From Spirochaetaceae bacterium (GTDB lineage: Bacteria > Spirochaetota > Spirochaetia > DSM-2461), in assembly GCA_051531975.1 (NCBI GenBank), contig JAOPTT010000001.1, forward strand, positions 128,001 through 192,000: a stretch of DNA of 64,000 nt. The letters are read 5' to 3'. Numbering within the stretch: position 1 is the stretch's first letter; every line of letters begins with the position of its first letter. A program made the translations under genes and the position numbers. A model generated the notes under the pieces. The model searched no databases. It had not been told where the DNA came from and saw nothing but the letters and a program-made list of their open reading frames with translations. Shown piece by piece: positions 60,429 to 64,000 of the stretch.

Positions 60429-61391
60429 TTAAAACTTCTTAGTGTAAAAATGACAATAAGGAGCTTTACCATTTTTTTCGTAATAATCTTGATGATAGGC
60501 TTCGGCTTCCCAAAAGTCTGTAACTGGTTCAACCCTAGTTACTACGTCATAACCTTTTTCTTTTAATATATCTATCAATTTAAATGTTGTTTTTTGCTCT
60601 TCTTGGGAATCATAAAACACTACAGATAAATACTGTTCTCCAAGATCAGGACCTTGACCGTTAGCCTGTGTTGGATCGTGTATCTCAAAAAAGAATTTTG
60701 CCATATCTTCAAAAGTTACTACGTGGGGATCGTAGGTAACTTCAACAGTTTCATAATGCCCAGATCTACCAGTTAATACATCTTGATAAGTAGGTTTTTT
60801 AGTTATACCACCAGAATAACCTGAAACAGCATTAATAACACCTCTCTGTTTCTCAAAAAGAGTCTCTACACCCCAGAAACATCCACCTGCAAAATATGCT
60901 TTTTGATAATTAGAATTTTCTGTTGAAACAAAATCTAAGGATAATGAATTAACACAATGTCTGGTCTCTTTGTCAGAAAAACCCTCACCTTTAAATACAT
61001 GTCCTAAATGTGCACCACAGTTATCACAAACAATCTCAGTATTAAATCCATCTGGAACTTCTCTAATTGCACCATCTATAGCATCATCAAAGCTAGGCCA
61101 ACCTGTACCAGAATCAAATTTATCGGAAGATACAAAAAGTGGTTCATTACATCGTTTACAATAATATGTACCATCTTCATAAAAACTATTATATTTACCA
61201 GAGAAAGCCCTCTCAGTTCCTTTATATACAATGATATTCTCTTCTTCTTTTGTTAGTATATTATATTCTAATCCTTCGACATTATTTTTTGCGAATGTCT
61301 CTTCAGTATTTTTTGCATTAAGCTTTTCAGCACATGAAAAAGTTAACACTATGATAAAACCAATTATTATATATTTAAAATATTTTTTCAT
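60429..61391 (-). CDS. msrAB: Bifunctional methionine sulfoxide reductase MsrB-MsrA, lipoprotein-like leader
   Basis: MsrB SGTGWPSF, HLGHVF, RHCVNS; MsrA FAGGCFWG, AEAYHQDYY; leader ending TFSC. Confidence 0.95.
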   Translation of the reverse strand: MKKYFKYIIIGFIIVLTFSCAEKLNAKNTEETFAKNNVEGLEYNILTKEEENIIVYKGTERAFSGKYNSFYEDGTYYCKRCNEPLFVSSDKFDSGTGWPSFDDAIDGAIREVPDGFNTEIVCDNCGAHLGHVFKGEGFSDKETRHCVNSLSLDFVSTENSNYQKAYFAGGCFWGVETLFEKQRGVINAVSGYSGGITKKPTYQDVLTGRSGHYETVEVTYDPHVVTFEDMAKFFFEIHDPTQANGQGPDLGEQYLSVVFYDSQEEQKTTFKLIDILKEKGYDVVTRVEPVTDFWEAEAYHQDYYEKNGKAPYCHFYTKKF

Positions 61392-61489
61392 AAACGTGCT
61401 CCTCTTATTAAGAGTAATTCTCAATAAGGAATTAATCTAGTTGTTAATCAGGTATTTAAGAGCTTTATATTTATAGGAAAAGGTTTAAC

Positions 61490-63409
61490 TTAAAATATTA
61501 TGGTAAAAGTAGTACCTGTATCTGGATTGCTTGAACAATCAACAGTACCTTGAAGTCTATTTATTACATTATTATATATTATATTGAGTCCTAATCCAAT
61601 ATGACCTTCAACTCGTTTAGTTGTAAAAAAAGGATCAAATATTTTATCTTGATGTTCTGGTAATATTCCAACTCCAGAATCATGATATGTTATTATTGTT
61701 TTGTCATTTTTTCTTGAAATTACTAAATCGATGTACCCTTTATCACCTATAAAAGCATGTTCAATAGAGTTTATTATGAGGTTTGACATTATTTGAATTA
61801 AGGAATGTGGGTATGTTTCTAATGTTAAACTCTTTTCACAGAAATAATATATTTTAATCCCTAGAGGAACTTGTTGATCAATTATATCTGAAAAAAAGTC
61901 ATGCAGATTTATATTAACTTTTTCTTCATGATATGACTCAACAGCAACTTTCTTAAAAGTATTAACAATATTTGCTGCTTTATTAAGATTGGCTAATGAT
62001 AATTCAAGACTATTAATTAAACCTTCAATAAAATTATTTAGATCACTTTTACTTAGACTTTTATTAATAATTTTATAATCCAACTCTTTTGTCAATAAAA
62101 TCTGATGTGATATTGATGTTATACCAATTCCAACAGGTGTATTTATTTCATGTGCAACTCCAGATACTAATGATCCTAAAAATGCCATATTTTTAGATTC
62201 AATAAGTTGATCTTGAGCATAGTGTAAATCTTGTAACGAAGTACTTAATTCTTTTGTTCTATCATCTACTATCTCTTCTAAATGGTCTTTATAGTGAGTA
62301 AGTTTTAACTCTGTTTTTTTAGATTTAATTAAAACAAAAATAACACTAAACAGCACTACAATTAATAGTGATAAAATAAAAATTACCACCCATATTAACG
62401 TTTTATACTTAAAATAAAATGATTCTGGAAAGTTTATTATTTTGGTATTATTAGTTTTATCAATATTAATATTAAACCGTTTAAGTTGATTGTAATCGAA
62501 TATTATTTTTGTTGGAGTTTTATACTCTACAGGTACTTTATCGATATCTAATCCTTTTAAAACAGACAAACTAAGTTCAGCAGCTTCGTACCCCTGCTGA
62601 TATCCTCCTATTAAATCTCCACCAATAATACCTTTGTTAAGATCAAAATCCCATGAGCCATATATTGGTACTTTTGCAACTTTTGAAATATCCTGTATAA
62701 TATGGTCAAAATATACTCCATTTCTATCCGTAAAAAATATTGTAAAAAGGATTATAGAATCTAAATTAATCTCTTCTACGACATTAACAAGTTCTTCTCC
62801 AGAAACATTAAAAACTAATTGAATATCTATGTTTGCATATAATGGAGATATCTCTTTTACACTATTTTGTATTTTAATACCTGTAGTTGAATTATCAGTA
62901 ATCACTATAATCTTTTTGATTTTTGGATGATTTTTTGATATTAGTTCTATATTCCTTGAGATATTGCTCTCTTCATTTATTCCTGTGATATTTGAATACT
63001 TTGCAATTACAGTTTTGTTTATATAGTTTAATCCGCAGAAAACAATAGGTTTATTTGGAAATAGTTTAGATCTATTCTGCATTGCAAAATTAAATGCATC
63101 ATCATCCGAGGTAATTATTAAATCGTAAGAATGTTTTGTAATTTTAACCTCTAATAAATTTGTTAATAGTGACTGATAATCTAAATCCCATTGTCTTTTT
63201 GAATCCATATATTCAATATGTAATTCAATGCCTTCTTTTAAATAAGTTTCTGTTATTCCCCTGGTAATCTCATCAGTCCATAAAAACCCTTTATGATATG
63301 AATTTAATAATAATACTTTTTTATTGGTGACATCATCAGATGCTGAAAAGATTGAGACTTTAATTAAAAGTAATAGTGTTAATATTATCATTTTAGATAC
63401 TTTATTCAC
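61490..63409 (-). CDS. Membrane sensor histidine kinase with ABC-substrate-binding-like periplasmic domain
   Basis: VLLLNSYHKGFLWT, EYMDSKR; GVAHEINTP; FDPFFTT; GLGL. Confidence 0.9.
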   Translation of the reverse strand: MNKVSKMIILTLLLLIKVSIFSASDDVTNKKVLLLNSYHKGFLWTDEITRGITETYLKEGIELHIEYMDSKRQWDLDYQSLLTNLLEVKITKHSYDLIITSDDDAFNFAMQNRSKLFPNKPIVFCGLNYINKTVIAKYSNITGINEESNISRNIELISKNHPKIKKIIVITDNSTTGIKIQNSVKEISPLYANIDIQLVFNVSGEELVNVVEEINLDSIILFTIFFTDRNGVYFDHIIQDISKVAKVPIYGSWDFDLNKGIIGGDLIGGYQQGYEAAELSLSVLKGLDIDKVPVEYKTPTKIIFDYNQLKRFNINIDKTNNTKIINFPESFYFKYKTLIWVVIFILSLLIVVLFSVIFVLIKSKKTELKLTHYKDHLEEIVDDRTKELSTSLQDLHYAQDQLIESKNMAFLGSLVSGVAHEINTPVGIGITSISHQILLTKELDYKIINKSLSKSDLNNFIEGLINSLELSLANLNKAANIVNTFKKVAVESYHEEKVNINLHDFFSDIIDQQVPLGIKIYYFCEKSLTLETYPHSLIQIMSNLIINSIEHAFIGDKGYIDLVISRKNDKTIITYHDSGVGILPEHQDKIFDPFFTTKRVEGHIGLGLNIIYNNVINRLQGTVDCSSNPDTGTTFTIIF

Positions 63410-63559
63410 TATTAAACTATATATACATATTCATCTTAATACAATTTTTTAGACTTTAATTCTTATTATAATTGTATCAACTCAATTATAGATCAAACAA
63501 AAATACATATATACTTGAATTCGTTTCATAATAAATTACAATTAGTATGAGGTTATATT

Positions 63560-64000
63560 ATGAAAGAATTAAGAAAATTTGTTTGCCCTGAGTTTATTTT
63601 TGGTTCTGATGCTATAGATTTAGCTGGTCAGTATTGTACAAACTGGTGTGCTAAAAAAGTTCTTCTTGTTTCTGATAAAATTGTTAAAAGTAAAGGCTGG
63701 GTAGATAAGGTTGTTAAATCACTTGAAGCAGAATCTATCTTATACTCAGAATATTTAGAAGTTCAACCAAATCCAAGGGATTATAATTGCCATGATGGAT
63801 TAAAAGTATATCATGAAAACAATTGTGATGTAATTATTGCAGTTGGAGGTGGTAGTGTAATAGATGCAGCTAAAGGTATTGGAATACTTGTTAGTAACAA
63901 GGGTAATATTCTTGATTATGAAGGTGTTGATAAAATTGAACATCCTATGCCTCCACTAATTTGTATACCTACAACGAGTGGTAGTTCTGCAGATGTTTCA
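63560..64000 (+). CDS. Iron-containing alcohol dehydrogenase, ErcA-like (3' end outside window)
   Basis: Not in ORF track; hand translation MKELRKFVCPEFIFG...VQPNPRD...AVGGGSVIDAAKGIG...CIPTTSGSSADVS. Confidence 0.88.
   Translation, partial: MKELRKFVCPEFIFGSDAIDLAGQYCTNWCAKKVLLVSDKIVKSKGWVDKVVKSLEAESILYSEYLEVQPNPRDYNCHDGLKVYHENNCDVIIAVGGGSVIDAAKGIGILVSNKGNILDYEGVDKIEHPMPPLICIPTTSGSSADVS

Noticed and set aside
1..64000. CRISPR array, tRNA, rRNA, IS elements, prophage genes
   Set aside because: No regularly spaced repeat-spacer units, RNA-gene signatures, transposase or integrase motifs were seen by eye; small structured RNAs cannot be excluded without a covariance-model search.

Overview
AT-rich bacterial chromosomal window, probably from a free-living spirochaete. 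That assignment is inferred from FAxGxxE-type binding-protein leaders, PEGA/caspase proteins and low GC, and is not proven. Positions 1-33.2 kb are a carbohydrate-utilisation island: two LplB/LplC-type sugar ABC systems, three solute-binding proteins, GH125, GH78-like and GH36 glycosidases, a NahK-like kinase, an uncharacterised 631-aa enzyme, three AraC regulators, and a cluster of two Gfo/Idh/MocA oxidoreductases, two TIM-barrel isomerases and an acyltransferase. At 19.9-21.4 kb lies an unannotated, collapsed second copy of that five-gene cluster. It was shrunk by three internal deletions (two at clear microhomologies) but keeps a 160-bp promoter/5' block identical to the intact copy 8,087 bp away. 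Two toxin-antitoxin modules (YefM-YoeB, MntA-HepT) lie between the repeats. Positions 33.3-52.3 kb look more AT-rich by eye and carry two tandem exported caspase-PEGA membrane proteins, a PAS hybrid kinase and a complete accessory chemosensory cluster (cheR-cheB, mcp-cheW-atypical mcp-STAS-cheY-cheA-cheD). The remainder holds a LacI-controlled sugar ABC/sulfatase operon with visible operators, GNAT, TPR lipoprotein, MsrB-MsrA, a sensor kinase and the start of an ErcA-like iron ADH. No rRNA, tRNA, CRISPR array, transposase or integrase was seen. All family calls rest on motifs recognised by eye; no searches were run.
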